A stretch of DNA of 64,000 nucleotides. It comes from an uncultured Poribacteria bacterium (lineage in GTDB: Bacteria > Poribacteria > WGA-4E > WGA-3G). The position numbers and the translations under genes are program-made. This document shows positions 29,515 to 39,129 of the stretch, piece after piece. The notes under the pieces are model-generated. The model saw only the letters and a program-made list of their open reading frames with translations. It was not told where the DNA came from and searched no databases. The DNA is taken from positions 4,320,001 to 4,384,000 of the forward strand of contig CATQHZ020000001.1 in assembly GCA_958296135.2 (NCBI GenBank), read 5' to 3'. Every line of letters begins with the position of its first letter. The stretch's first letter is position 1.

Positions 29515-29897
29515 TAAAAAGAAACGCCTGTCACTTTATCTTATCCCACACTGGGGACGAAAGTGACAGGCATCTACTTCCGCGGTACCACCCCGCTTGG
29601 CAAATTCCTTTAAGGGAGCTCATCAGCTAACCTAGCGCGCTTGAAAAGCGCGCCTACCGGTGTTGATGGCGAAATTTGCCCGCTTGATTTCTTGTTCGGT
29701 AACGGTGAACGGACCGGCGCGACCTACTGTCCTTTGCATCCGGGAGGACGCAGTTGGGGTTCAGTTCGGCGGCTCTGGGATGAAATTCGGCTGCTGCTCT
29801 CAAAGCCGCGCTTTCAGCCGGTGGCGCGGCATCTCTACTTGAGATGGGATTGCAAGTTTCACCCTATCTCAGCAGCTTACTGTGTCCCTTCATAGCC
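29515..29897 (-). ncRNA. T-box riboswitch (Phe specifier) upstream of pheST
   Basis: Minus strand: AGTA, AGAGA and GCTGAA stem-I motifs; specifier loop GAATTTCA with TTC at 29784-29782; T-box GGGTGGTACCGCG pairing with TTCGTCCC; terminator GCCTGTCACTTT/AAAGTGACAGGC followed by a T-run. Confidence 0.88.
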
Positions 29898-30105
29898 TTT
29901 GATTTAATGTTGTAGCACTTACGTAGAAACGAGGGCTGTCAGCGCGCCCTCGTGGCGTGCGCGGTTGAAAACCGCGCCTACCGGTAGTGGCGTAATCCCA
30001 AATTAATCTCTATCGTTCAGGCTCGCCCGAGCCCGAACCGTTTGCGATGGCGTACTAGCAAACGACAGCATTTCGGAGAACCAGAAGGTTCTGTCTGTTT
30101 TGGTA

Positions 30106-30453
30106 TTATCCCTTTGCCAGGGAGACCAGCTGTCCAAATCCAGACTCATCGTGCACAGCGATATCGGCGAGAACCTTCCGGTCAAGTTCAATTCCCGCGG
30201 TTTTGAGTCCGTGCATGAATTTGCTGTAGGAGAGTCCGTGGAGTCTTGCAGCGGCGTTAATACGTGCGATCCAGAGTCGTCTGAAATCGCGTTTGCGCGC
30301 ACGGCGGTGCGCGTAGGCGTGATTCCACCCCTTTTCTACCGCCTCAGTAGCAGTGCGCTTGAGGTTGTTCCTGCCGCCGCGGTAACCTTTGGAATGCTTT
30401 AGCATCCGTTTGCGGCGTTTGATTCGGACGTTCCCTGTTTTTACTCGTGGCAT
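30106..30453 (-). CDS. rplT: 50S ribosomal protein L20
   Basis: MPRVK...KGYRG...[18 protein letters not shown]. Confidence 0.98.
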   Translation of the reverse strand: MPRVKTGNVRIKRRKRMLKHSKGYRGGRNNLKRTATEAVEKGWNHAYAHRRARKRDFRRLWIARINAAARLHGLSYSKFMHGLKTAGIELDRKVLADIAVHDESGFGQLVSLAKG

Positions 30454-30563
30454 TTACGGCTCCTCTCGCAGCCGGCTTTGCGTAGCGGCCGCGGACAATA
30501 GTGTGCCCAGGCGCGCGGCGCGCTGCCGGACAATCGCTCGAATCGGAGGGAAGATTCCGTTCT

Positions 30564-30758
30564 CTACTGATGAATAAGACGCTTTAAGCGTTTTTCGTTG
30601 CTCGGGTCGACGAGGGTGGCTTGGCGCAACCTGCGCTTGCGCTTGGAGGATTTGTTGATGAACAAGTGGCCCGCATAAGCGCGATTGCGGCGGATTTTGC
30701 CTTTCGCCGTAAATTTGAAACGCTTCGCCGCACCTTTATGGGTTTTGATTTTCGGCAT
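30564..30758 (-). CDS. rpmI: 50S ribosomal protein L35
   Basis: MPKIKTHKGAAKRFK... Confidence 0.98.
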   Translation of the reverse strand: MPKIKTHKGAAKRFKFTAKGKIRRNRAYAGHLFINKSSKRKRRLRQATLVDPSNEKRLKRLIHQ

Positions 30759-30848
30759 TAGAAATCCTTCTCATCATTCGGGGCAAAACCTCTGCCCCCT
30801 GCTGGTTTCTGTGACGTTCGTTCGCTGCTGTCGTATGGGCTGCCATGC

Positions 30849-31049
30849 AAATCCAAGACAGCAGACTGATGTTCTCGTTCTGAGCGTTTTCGGGTTCTGT
30901 CGCAAGTTGCAACGGGTTGTCAATCAAGTGTCCGCCTGCATCGATACCGTGTTGGCGGCGACAACCTCTTGCACTGCCTCGCGGCCCAGAACACCGAACG
31001 CCGTATGCGCTAGCACGAGCAACACAAGCAGAACTGCCGCTCCGATTTC
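30849..31049 (-). ncRNA. Candidate long rod-like structured RNA in the infC-rpmI spacer
   Basis: Nested complementary blocks (GGTTGTC/GACAACC, TGCAA/TTGCA, GTTCTG/CAGAAC, TTCGG/CCGAA, CTCGT/ACGAG, AAATC/GATTT). Some mismatches resolve as G-U pairs on the minus strand. Confidence 0.45.
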
Positions 31050-31112
31050 AGGAGACACTCCTGCAGGGTAAGGCGGGGGCGCGAAGGCCCCCGCGGTCAG
31101 CGTACCCGTAAA

Positions 31113-31661
31113 TCATGCCGAAGACTTCGGCATGAGGAGCATCGACATCATGCGCGTCTCCATACGCGGCGGTTGTTCCACCTCGGCGACTTCCGCCAGA
31201 TCGTCCCGGAGCCGCGCGAGCATGTTTCTACCCAAATCGGTATGGAGCATTTCGCGGCCCTTAAACCGAACGGTCGCGCGGACCTTCCAGCCGTGCGCAA
31301 GGAATTCCGCAACGTGCCGTTTCTTGAACTGGTAGTCGTGCTCCGCAGTATCCGGCCGGAACTGCATCTCTTTCAACACAACCTTAGTCTGCTTCTTCCG
31401 GGCCTCGCGCGCGCGCTTATTACGCTCGTACTGATACTTCCCGTAGTCCATGATTTTGCAAACGGGCGGCTTCGCATTCGGTGAGACTTCCACCAAATCC
31501 AAACCGACATCTTCAGCACGCCGCATGGCATCGCGCGTCGGCGTTACGCCTACCTGATTGTTGTCCTGGTCGATCAACAGCACCTCTCGGGCCCGAATCT
31601 GATAATTCGAGCGGCTCTGTCGTTCTCTGGTTCTCTGATTGCGTCTACCTCTATAGTGTAT
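31113..31661 (-). CDS. infC: Translation initiation factor IF-3 with a non-canonical ATA start
   Basis: NYQIRAREVLLID, DLVEVSPNAKPPVCKIMDYGK and FKGRE motifs. The frame extends to an ATA at 31661 preceded by GGGGGTG, with an in-frame stop just upstream. Confidence 0.95.
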   Translation of the reverse strand: MHYRGRRNQRTRERQSRSNYQIRAREVLLIDQDNNQVGVTPTRDAMRRAEDVGLDLVEVSPNAKPPVCKIMDYGKYQYERNKRAREARKKQTKVVLKEMQFRPDTAEHDYQFKKRHVAEFLAHGWKVRATVRFKGREMLHTDLGRNMLARLRDDLAEVAEVEQPPRMETRMMSMLLMPKSSA

Positions 31662-31802
31662 TTTTCACACCCCCAAGTTAAAGCACGCTTCTGCTTACAG
31701 CAACGTGTAAGCACCGTGGGACACCCGCCGGGATGTTGCCGGCTCGGTTGTGCCCAAAATCGTAAGTACCTAATTATACCACATTCGTAACGAAAATGCA
31801 AA

Positions 31803-32159
31803 TTAAAAAAAGCCGATTGTCCACAACGTGCGTAAAACGATAATGCCACCGGCCAGTCCGCCGAAGACGCACATGAAGCCGATGCTGACGATGAGCGCGA
31901 GCCGGACGATGCGTTCGCCGAGCTGCGGTTGTTCGATTGCCCAGGCACGCGCGAGGACAAAGGTTAAGGCGACACTAATAAGGTTCAGCAGGCACGCGCC
32001 TAAAACGGCCAAGAGTAGCCCTGTAAAATCCACCATCTGCATGGTTTCTGGCAGCGAGCCGTATTGTGAATAACGCTGGATAACGCCGATGAGCACGCCG
32101 CCCAAGATGATGATAAAACCGATGAAAACGGTGATGGCTTTTTTGAACGCAGTTCCCAT
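31803..32159 (-). CDS. Hypothetical membrane protein (3 TM)
   Basis: Three hydrophobic segments; likely start MGTAF. Confidence 0.6.
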   Translation of the reverse strand: MGTAFKKAITVFIGFIIILGGVLIGVIQRYSQYGSLPETMQMVDFTGLLLAVLGACLLNLISVALTFVLARAWAIEQPQLGERIVRLALIVSIGFMCVFGGLAGGIIVLRTLWTIGFF

Positions 32160-32324
32160 TTTCGTTTCAACGCACGCCCGCCCTGGATATATGCCATTAA
32201 TTATAGCATATTTTCGGTTAAATTGCAAATTTATTTCCATTTAACCCAAAAATTCTTGATTTATTCAAAAAAAGATGGTAAACTAATTGGCACTGAGAAC
32301 TTTTGAACGCGAAGGAGTTTTTTC

Positions 32325-32915
32325 ATGGGCGTAACATACACTTCGGCGATTGCCGATTTTATTCAGAAATTGGAGACGGACAACCCGCTACCGCCACTCG
32401 TACCGAAACAGGAAGCGAGCGCAGCGTTGACTGAATCCCTCCAAGCGATGTCCACAGACGCGCTGTTTGAAGGACAGACTGTGAAAGATACTACGTTCGG
32501 CGAGGCGATTAAAAGCGGTTTGCTCCTCTGGAACGATGCCTTGGACGAATCGCACACTATCTCGCAGGAACTCGCAAACGCAACGGGGAGCTATTGGCAC
32601 GGCATCATGCACCGCCGTGAACCGGACTATAGCAACGCGAAGTATTGGTTCGGACGCGTCGGCACACACGCCATTTTCCCCCAAGTTCGAGACCGGGCCC
32701 TCGCGCTTTACGAGGAGGCATCGCATCCCTCGGAGGCACTCGCCAGTATCGGGCAAACTATCGCGGCGAACGAGGAATGGAACGCGCATCAGTTTATTGA
32801 CTGGTGCCAAGCAGCCGAAAGCAAGATGGAATCCGATGTTGGCCGTTTCTTGAAACAGGTGCAGGCGGAAGAGATTCGGCTGTTATTGGCGTATTCCTAT
32901 CGGAATGCCCTCTGA
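32325..32915 (+). CDS. Conserved hypothetical protein
   Basis: AAGGAG RBS and the motif LDESHTISQ...YWHGIMHRREPDYSNAKYWF. Confidence 0.75.
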   Translation: MGVTYTSAIADFIQKLETDNPLPPLVPKQEASAALTESLQAMSTDALFEGQTVKDTTFGEAIKSGLLLWNDALDESHTISQELANATGSYWHGIMHRREPDYSNAKYWFGRVGTHAIFPQVRDRALALYEEASHPSEALASIGQTIAANEEWNAHQFIDWCQAAESKMESDVGRFLKQVQAEEIRLLLAYSYRNAL

Positions 32916-33044
32916 TACAAATGAACCATCGGAATTTCAGGAGGCGCGCCCTCCAGGTCGCGACGCATTCAGTATCGGGACCGGGAGAACCGGCCTACCG
33001 AAAACTTTACGCGCTTTCGCTCAATAGAGCAAAGGAGATTTCAA

Positions 33045-34052
33045 ATGTTCACCCGAAATAGAACTGCCACAACAGGCACGCGCATCCTCGTATGCGCCAG
33101 TCTGTTGCTGATAGCGTTTTGCGTTAACTTCGCCGATGCCGCTTCGGTGAAGGCAGGCTACCAATATCAGGAAATCAAGGCGCTTGCTAAAAATCTCGCC
33201 TACGACAGCGAGCCCGCGGAACTTGAGAAGCTGATCGAGAAATCGCGAGCCTTTATTAAGGCGCACCCAAAATACAAACGGGTGGACGAAGTCTACTACC
33301 GCCTTGGCAACGCCTTAATTCGCCTTGAACAGACAGAGGAAGGCACCGCTGTCTTTGAAGAGCTCATTCGTGACTACCGTTCGGCGCGCTACGTTGAACG
33401 CAGTTTGCTGGAATTGGGGTTGGCTTACGACAAACTCGGAAAGCACGACAAAGCGGATGAGGTTTATGAAAAGTTGATGAACCATCCCAAGTATGGCTCC
33501 CGCGTGCAAGCCCAAATCGCAGCGAAAATCCTTGCGTTGGACACAAGCGAACGGAACGGGGAAGAGCCGAATCCTTACGGCCCGCCGGCGAGTGCGTTCG
33601 TCGGGAAACCAGCCAAGGATTTTGAGGTAATCGAGCTGAAAGGCGAGGCACTCTCGTTAGCAGACTATCGCGGGAAAGTCGTGCTACTCGATTTCTGGGC
33701 GACGTGGTGCGGGCCCTGTCTCAACGAAATGCCGCACGTCAAAAAGACGTACGCCACATACCGGGACCAGGATTTCCAGATCATCGGTATCAGTCTAGAC
33801 CGGGGCAAACCGCCGCTGGAGGCGTATCTGGCACAAGAGGAGATTGCCTGGCCGCAATATTTGGATGCAGGTGGCAAAATCGCCACCTTGTATAATGTCC
33901 GAGCGATTCCGTCTACCTTTCTGATTGATGGCGAGGGAATTGTCCGCAAGACGAACCTCCGCGGCGGCGCGCTTGAGAAAGCAGTCGCGGCATTAGTGAA
34001 GGAAAACACGGCGAAGCAGGCAGAGAAAAAAGCGGAAGCCGCTTCGCAATAA
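33045..34052 (+). CDS. Secreted TPR-repeat plus TlpA/redoxin-domain protein
   Basis: Signal peptide, TPR-like helices, LDFWATWCGPC and IPSTFLID. Confidence 0.88.
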   Translation: MFTRNRTATTGTRILVCASLLLIAFCVNFADAASVKAGYQYQEIKALAKNLAYDSEPAELEKLIEKSRAFIKAHPKYKRVDEVYYRLGNALIRLEQTEEGTAVFEELIRDYRSARYVERSLLELGLAYDKLGKHDKADEVYEKLMNHPKYGSRVQAQIAAKILALDTSERNGEEPNPYGPPASAFVGKPAKDFEVIELKGEALSLADYRGKVVLLDFWATWCGPCLNEMPHVKKTYATYRDQDFQIIGISLDRGKPPLEAYLAQEEIAWPQYLDAGGKIATLYNVRAIPSTFLIDGEGIVRKTNLRGGALEKAVAALVKENTAKQAEKKAEAASQ

Positions 34053-34272
34053 CGTGCCCTTTCACCCCGTTGAACCGGTAGGGCGGGGGCTCGCGAGGGA
34101 ACCCTCGGCGATTCGCGCTCGCCGGGTTTTCCCTCGCGCTACGGGGTGAGTGACATTTTTTCTCCCATAGGGCCGGGGGGTATTTCCTTCGTTTTTTGGC
34201 CCTCGCCGTATCGTTTAACCTATAACCGATTGCCGCCAAGGCTTTCAAGATTATCGCATATAAGGAGGAACT

Positions 34273-35355
34273 ATGGCACATGTCACCTTAAAGGATGTCA
34301 CTAAAATTTACGATGGCGATGTCCTCGCCGTTGAAAAAGCAGATTTTCAGATTCCTGATGAATGCTTCACCGTGCTTGTCGGCCCATCGGGATGCGGCAA
34401 ATCGACGATTTTGCGGATGATCGCCGGGCTGGAAGAGATAACCCAAGGTGACATTTATATTGATGGAGAACGCATCAACGATATGCCGCCGAAGGATAGG
34501 GATATCGCCATGGTCTTCCAGAATTACGCGCTCTACCCGCACATGTCCGTCTATAAAAATATGGCGTTCGGGTTGAAACTGCGAAAGTATCCGAAAGCGG
34601 AAATCGAACAGCGAGTTCGAGAGGCAGCGGAAATTCTGAGCATCTCGCACCTGTTGGCGCGGAAGCCGAAGCATCTCTCCGGCGGCGAACGGCAGCGCGT
34701 CGCTGTCGGCCGCGCAATAGTCCGACATCCAAAGGTGTTTCTATTCGATGAACCGTTGAGTAACCTCGATGCAAAACTGCGCGTGCAAATGCGAATGGAA
34801 ATCAGCCGACTGCACGACAGGCTCAACGCCACCATCGTCTATGTCACGCACGACCAGGTTGAAGCGATGACGATGGGGGACCAGATTGTCGTCCTCAACG
34901 AAGGGAAAATCCAGCAGATTGCCGACCCGGGCACGCTGTATCATAACCCAGCGAATCAGTTTGTGGGCGGCTTCATCGGCACGCCGCCGATGAATTTTAT
35001 TCAGACCGGCATTCGCCGCGAAACACTCCAATTTGAAGAATTTGAAGTGCTGTTGACTGCCCGTCTCCAGGAAAAGTTGCAAGATTTTTCGAGAGATGCG
35101 GTGACACTCGGCATCCGTCCGGAGGACATCCAGGTCGGCGATGCATCGAAGAATACCGTGACAACGCGGGTGGAGTTAGTGGAGCCGCTCGGCAACCATG
35201 TGCTTTTGTATCTCCGAGCGGGGGAGAGTCATTTCATCGTGCAATCCGACGGTGTCACTATTCCGAGGCACGACGCACTGCTGAATGTCCATTTTAACAT
35301 GGACAAAGCGCATCTGTTTCATCCGGAGACAGGTGAATCGTTAACCGCCGTTTAG
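34273..35355 (+). CDS. Sugar ABC transporter ATP-binding protein (MalK/UgpC family)
   Basis: GPSGCGKST, LSGGERQR, FLFDEPLSNLDAKLR and a TOBE tail. Confidence 0.95.
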   Translation: MAHVTLKDVTKIYDGDVLAVEKADFQIPDECFTVLVGPSGCGKSTILRMIAGLEEITQGDIYIDGERINDMPPKDRDIAMVFQNYALYPHMSVYKNMAFGLKLRKYPKAEIEQRVREAAEILSISHLLARKPKHLSGGERQRVAVGRAIVRHPKVFLFDEPLSNLDAKLRVQMRMEISRLHDRLNATIVYVTHDQVEAMTMGDQIVVLNEGKIQQIADPGTLYHNPANQFVGGFIGTPPMNFIQTGIRRETLQFEEFEVLLTARLQEKLQDFSRDAVTLGIRPEDIQVGDASKNTVTTRVELVEPLGNHVLLYLRAGESHFIVQSDGVTIPRHDALLNVHFNMDKAHLFHPETGESLTAV

Positions 35356-35377
35356 CCACCGGGGCGCCCTTTCTTCC

Positions 35378-35650
35378 CGTAGGGCGTTTTTTTCGTCCGT
35401 AGTGCTGGGGCCCGGCGAGCGCGAATCGCCGAGGGTTTGCCTCGCGATCGTTCACGCGACAAGAAAGGCCCCTTTTACCGTAGCGCGAAGACCTGTCCCT
35501 CGCGCTCTCCCGATCGACAAGAAAGGCCCCTTTACCGTAGCGCGAGGGCCTGTCCCTCGCGATCGTTCACGCGACAAGAAAGGCCCCTTTTACCGTAGCG
35601 CGAGGGACAGGCGAGCGCGAATCGCCGAGGGTTTCCTCCGCCGTGCCGCG
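35378..35650. repeat. Cluster of GTAG-tagged palindromes (about three ~59-bp units)
   Basis: Repeated ACAAGAAAGGCCCCTTTTACCGTAGCGCGAGGGCCTGTCCCTCGCG. Confidence 0.9.
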
Positions 35651-35653
35651 CTC

Positions 35654-36610
35654 TCACAATTCCTGAAGCTGCTGCCACGTTTCCTCGTCTATCGGGATGC
35701 CTTCTTTTTCTCGCTTGCGTTGCTCCTGAAACCCGCGTTCTCCCGGCACCCGAATGTCTGCGCACTTTTCCGATTTAAGATACGCGACGAACCGTGCTAT
35801 CTCCTCGCTGAAGCCGGGAAATCCGCGAAAATTGGCGATGTTGAGCACCATGACAAACAAACCGTTCCCCACGCGTGCGTCTTCGCCGCGGCTGCACCCT
35901 GCCCCCGTCAATGCGCCCGCGAGAATGTCAACAATCACGCTGAGCCCGAAGCCTTTGTAACCACCGAACGGCAAGAGAACCTCGCTGTCCGCATTCACGC
36001 GCCATTCAGGCGGAAGTGCCTCTCCACGATACTGTTTGAGACGCATCTTCCCCGAGGCCACAACGCTGGTAGCCATATCTAACACAATCGGTTCTTGATT
36101 TTTTATTGGCACAGCGCAGGCGAGGGGGTTAGTAGAGAGTCTACCTTCCGTGCCGCCGTACGGTGCAACGCAAGTACCGCCACCGTGGTCATTCGCCATA
36201 AGCAGGCCGAGCATCTCGGCATCTGCGGCGAGGCAGGCGTATCCACCTAACCTGCCGCTCTCGTTGCATCGCGAAACTGCGACGGTGCTGATGTCGGTGT
36301 GGCGTGCCTTCTGAATTGCGATTTCAACGGCGCGCGTCGCAATGACAGGACCGAAACCCCAATGCCCGTCTAGCACGGCGATTGATGCGGATTCTTTCAC
36401 CGTGTCAAGCGGAGCACCAGGCTGAATAAGTCCGGCTTCCAGTTCCCGCACATATTTCGGCAGATGGATGACTCCGTGTGAATCGTGTCCGACACGATTT
36501 GCGTCCACCATAGAGCGGGTGACGATTGTGGCTTCCGCTGCCGGCACATCCCATTTTTGGAAGACATTGAGACAGAGTTGCGTCAGTTTTTTTGCGGTAA
36601 GGTTTGGCAT
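35654..36610 (-). CDS. Ldh_2-family (malate/L-lactate/ureidoglycolate) dehydrogenase
   Basis: GHDSHG, DGHWGFG, STNPLA, LDMATS, PFGGYKG and VPGE motifs. Confidence 0.9.
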   Translation of the reverse strand: MPNLTAKKLTQLCLNVFQKWDVPAAEATIVTRSMVDANRVGHDSHGVIHLPKYVRELEAGLIQPGAPLDTVKESASIAVLDGHWGFGPVIATRAVEIAIQKARHTDISTVAVSRCNESGRLGGYACLAADAEMLGLLMANDHGGGTCVAPYGGTEGRLSTNPLACAVPIKNQEPIVLDMATSVVASGKMRLKQYRGEALPPEWRVNADSEVLLPFGGYKGFGLSVIVDILAGALTGAGCSRGEDARVGNGLFVMVLNIANFRGFPGFSEEIARFVAYLKSEKCADIRVPGERGFQEQRKREKEGIPIDEETWQQLQEL

Positions 36611-36679
36611 TGTGTTGCTCCTAAATGTGAGATGCTAATATTTTATGTGGGGCGGGATTGGTTGTCAAGTGCAAAGACT

Positions 36680-37435
36680 ACCCCTTTCACCGTACGGCCC
36701 CTTTTCACCGTAGCGCGAGGGCCGTTACGCCGAAACGTTGTCATCTCTGCAGCCTCGCTGCAGAGATGTCCACTGTCCCTCGCGAGCGTTCACGCGACAA
36801 GAAAGGCCCCTTTTACCGTAGCGCGAGGGCCTGTCCCTCGCGAAGCCCAGACCCACGAAAAACAGCCCCGCAACCCCGGACACCATCTTCTCCGCAGATC
36901 GGTGCATGGCGCAGCACAGGACCGCGCCCTACGGACGAAGGGGCCTTTCAACCGCAGCGCGGCGGCCTGTCAGCCGCGAGCGTTATCGTTTCTCCGATGC
37001 ATGGCGAGGGACAGGCCCTCGCCCTACGGACGAAGGGGCCTTTCAACCGTAGCGCGGCGACCTGTCAGCCGCGAGCGTTCGCGCAAGGCACGGCGCAGCA
37101 CAGGACCGCGCCCTACGGACGAAGGGGCCTCTTAACCGCAGCGCGGCGGCCTGTCAGCCGCGAGCGTTATCGTTTCTCCGATGCACGGCGCGGCACAGGA
37201 CCGCGCCCTACGGACGAAGGGGCCTTTTCACCGTAGCGCGGCGGCCTGTCAGCCGCGAGCGTTATCGTTTCTCCGATGCATGGCGCAGCACAGGACCGCG
37301 CCCTACGGATGAAGGGGCCTTTTCACCGTAGCGCGGCGGCCTGTCAGCCGCGAGCGTTCGCGCAAGGCATGGCGCAGCACAGGACCGCGCCCTACGGCAG
37401 CCACCAGCCCTGTCCCTCGCGAGCGTTCGCGCACG
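36680..37435. repeat. BIME-like mosaic array of alternating inverted GTAG palindromes (89-95-bp period, about six units)
   Basis: CCCTACGG recurs at ~36927, 37022, 37111, 37206, 37301 and 37390, alternating with G(T/C)AGCGCGGCGGCCTGTCAGCCGCG. Confidence 0.92.
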
Positions 37436-37443
37436 GAAAAAGA

Positions 37444-37472
37444 TTGACATTCCGCCGAAATTCAGGTATACT
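37444..37472 (+). promoter_or_regulatory. Sigma70-type promoter of the sulfatase gene
   Basis: TTGACA-17 bp-TATACT. Confidence 0.7.
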
Positions 37473-37499
37473 ATCATAAATCTTTAACAGGAATGGCTT

Positions 37500-39107
37500 A
37501 TGAACTCACCACATCGCCCGAATATTCTTTGGATTTCATTAGAGGATACAACCCCACGCTTCGGTTGTTATGGGGATGCAGTCGCACGCACGCCGAATAT
37601 CGACACACTTGCCAGCGGCGGATGCCGGTTCCCGAATGCGTTCTCCACCGCCGGAGTCTGCGCGCCGAGCCGCTCGGCGATCATCACCGGGATGTACCAG
37701 ACCTCCATCGGCACGCATCACATGCGCACGACGCACACGAACCAGAACACGCCCGACATGCCGACTCCGTATGCCGCCGTGCCGCCGCCTTATGTCAAGA
37801 CGTTCACGGAATATCTACGCGGCGCAGGCTATTATTGCACGAACAACAGCAAAACCGATTATCAGTTCACGCCGCCAAGCACGGCGTGGGACGACTGCAG
37901 CAACACGGGACACTGGCGGAATCGGGAGGCGGGACAACCGTTCTTTTCTGTCTTCAACCCTACCGTCACGCACGAAAGTGGGATGTGGGAGCGCGAAAAT
38001 GGCCGGCCCTTAACGACAAATCCTGATGACGTGCAATTACCGCCCTACCTGCCGAATACACCGAAATCGCGCGAGGCATTGGCCCGCCACTACGATAACC
38101 TCGCCACTGCCGATGCACGCGTCGGGGAACTCTTAACTCAGTTGGAAGAAGACGGACTCGCCGACAATACCATCGTCTTCCTCTGGAGTGACCACGGTGA
38201 AGGGCTCCCGCGCGGAAAGCGTTGGCCCTATGATGCAGGCATTCGGATTCCGCTGATTGTGCGCTGGCCCGGTGAAATGTCGCCTGACAGCGTCAGTGAA
38301 CAACTCGTGAGTCTCATCGATCTGGGGCCGACAGTGTTATCGTTGTGTGGCGTGGAAGCACCGGCGCATCTACAAGGACAACCCTTCCTCGGCCCACAAG
38401 CGGTGGAACGGAACTATATCTTCGCCACCCGCGACCGTTACGATGAGTCTTACGACAGGGTGCGCGCCGTGCGCGATAAACGCTATAAATACATCAGGAA
38501 TTATTACCCCGAAAAGCCCTATCTGCTCTGGATCCCGTATCGCAACCGGCACCCAGTGATGCAGGAAATGTGGCGGCTCTACGCCGAAGGCACATTGGAC
38601 GGAGACCCGGCGGTGATGTTCCAGTATCCCCGGCCCGCTGAGGAACTTTACAACGTTGAGAACGACCGGTATGAGCTCAACAACTTAGCATCGGAGCCCG
38701 GGCATCGCGATGTACTGGAACGGATGCGCGGCGCGCTAGCACAGTGGCAAGCCGATTTCGGCGACATGGGGGACATCCCCGAAGAACAGATGGTCGCGAG
38801 GTGGTATCCCGATGGAAAACAACCGCAAACTGCCGCGCCAATTTTCATTCCGATTAACGCAGCGAACCCCGGCATGGAGGTGGCAGCGTCGGGTGGGCAA
38901 TGGGCGGCACCGCTGCTATTGCAACTTCACTGCGCCACGCAGGGCGCGTCTATTGCGTGGACGATGGAGCCGGGTGAAGATGCGCGCTGGCTGTTGTATA
39001 CGGAGCCGTTGCGGATGCCGAGAGGCGAGACCACGGTGCGCGCCAAGGCGGTCCGCATCGGTTATCAGGAGAGTGATGAGCGAGTGATGGCGGTGGAGGT
39101 TGCGTAG
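37500..39107 (+). CDS. Sulfatase (Cys-type) with a C-terminal small beta domain
   Basis: PNILWISLED, CAPSRS, SDHG and RGKR motifs. Confidence 0.93.
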   Translation: MNSPHRPNILWISLEDTTPRFGCYGDAVARTPNIDTLASGGCRFPNAFSTAGVCAPSRSAIITGMYQTSIGTHHMRTTHTNQNTPDMPTPYAAVPPPYVKTFTEYLRGAGYYCTNNSKTDYQFTPPSTAWDDCSNTGHWRNREAGQPFFSVFNPTVTHESGMWERENGRPLTTNPDDVQLPPYLPNTPKSREALARHYDNLATADARVGELLTQLEEDGLADNTIVFLWSDHGEGLPRGKRWPYDAGIRIPLIVRWPGEMSPDSVSEQLVSLIDLGPTVLSLCGVEAPAHLQGQPFLGPQAVERNYIFATRDRYDESYDRVRAVRDKRYKYIRNYYPEKPYLLWIPYRNRHPVMQEMWRLYAEGTLDGDPAVMFQYPRPAEELYNVENDRYELNNLASEPGHRDVLERMRGALAQWQADFGDMGDIPEEQMVARWYPDGKQPQTAAPIFIPINAANPGMEVAASGGQWAAPLLLQLHCATQGASIAWTMEPGEDARWLLYTEPLRMPRGETTVRAKAVRIGYQESDERVMAVEVA

Positions 39108-39129
39108 CGCGAGGCCCTGTCCCTCGCGT

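Noticed and set aside
31680-31760. L20 leader RNA upstream of infC
   Set aside because: Only a short AAGCAGAAGC resemblance and a small hairpin were seen, which is insufficient without a covariance-model search.
35402-37236. ORFs 35402-36082, 36485-37135 and 36658-37236
   Set aside because: They are translations of repeat arrays or antisense to the Ldh_2 gene.
36680-37435. CRISPR array
   Set aside because: The intervening sequences are themselves repeated rather than unique spacers, the units are inverted GTAG palindromes, and there are no cas genes in the window.
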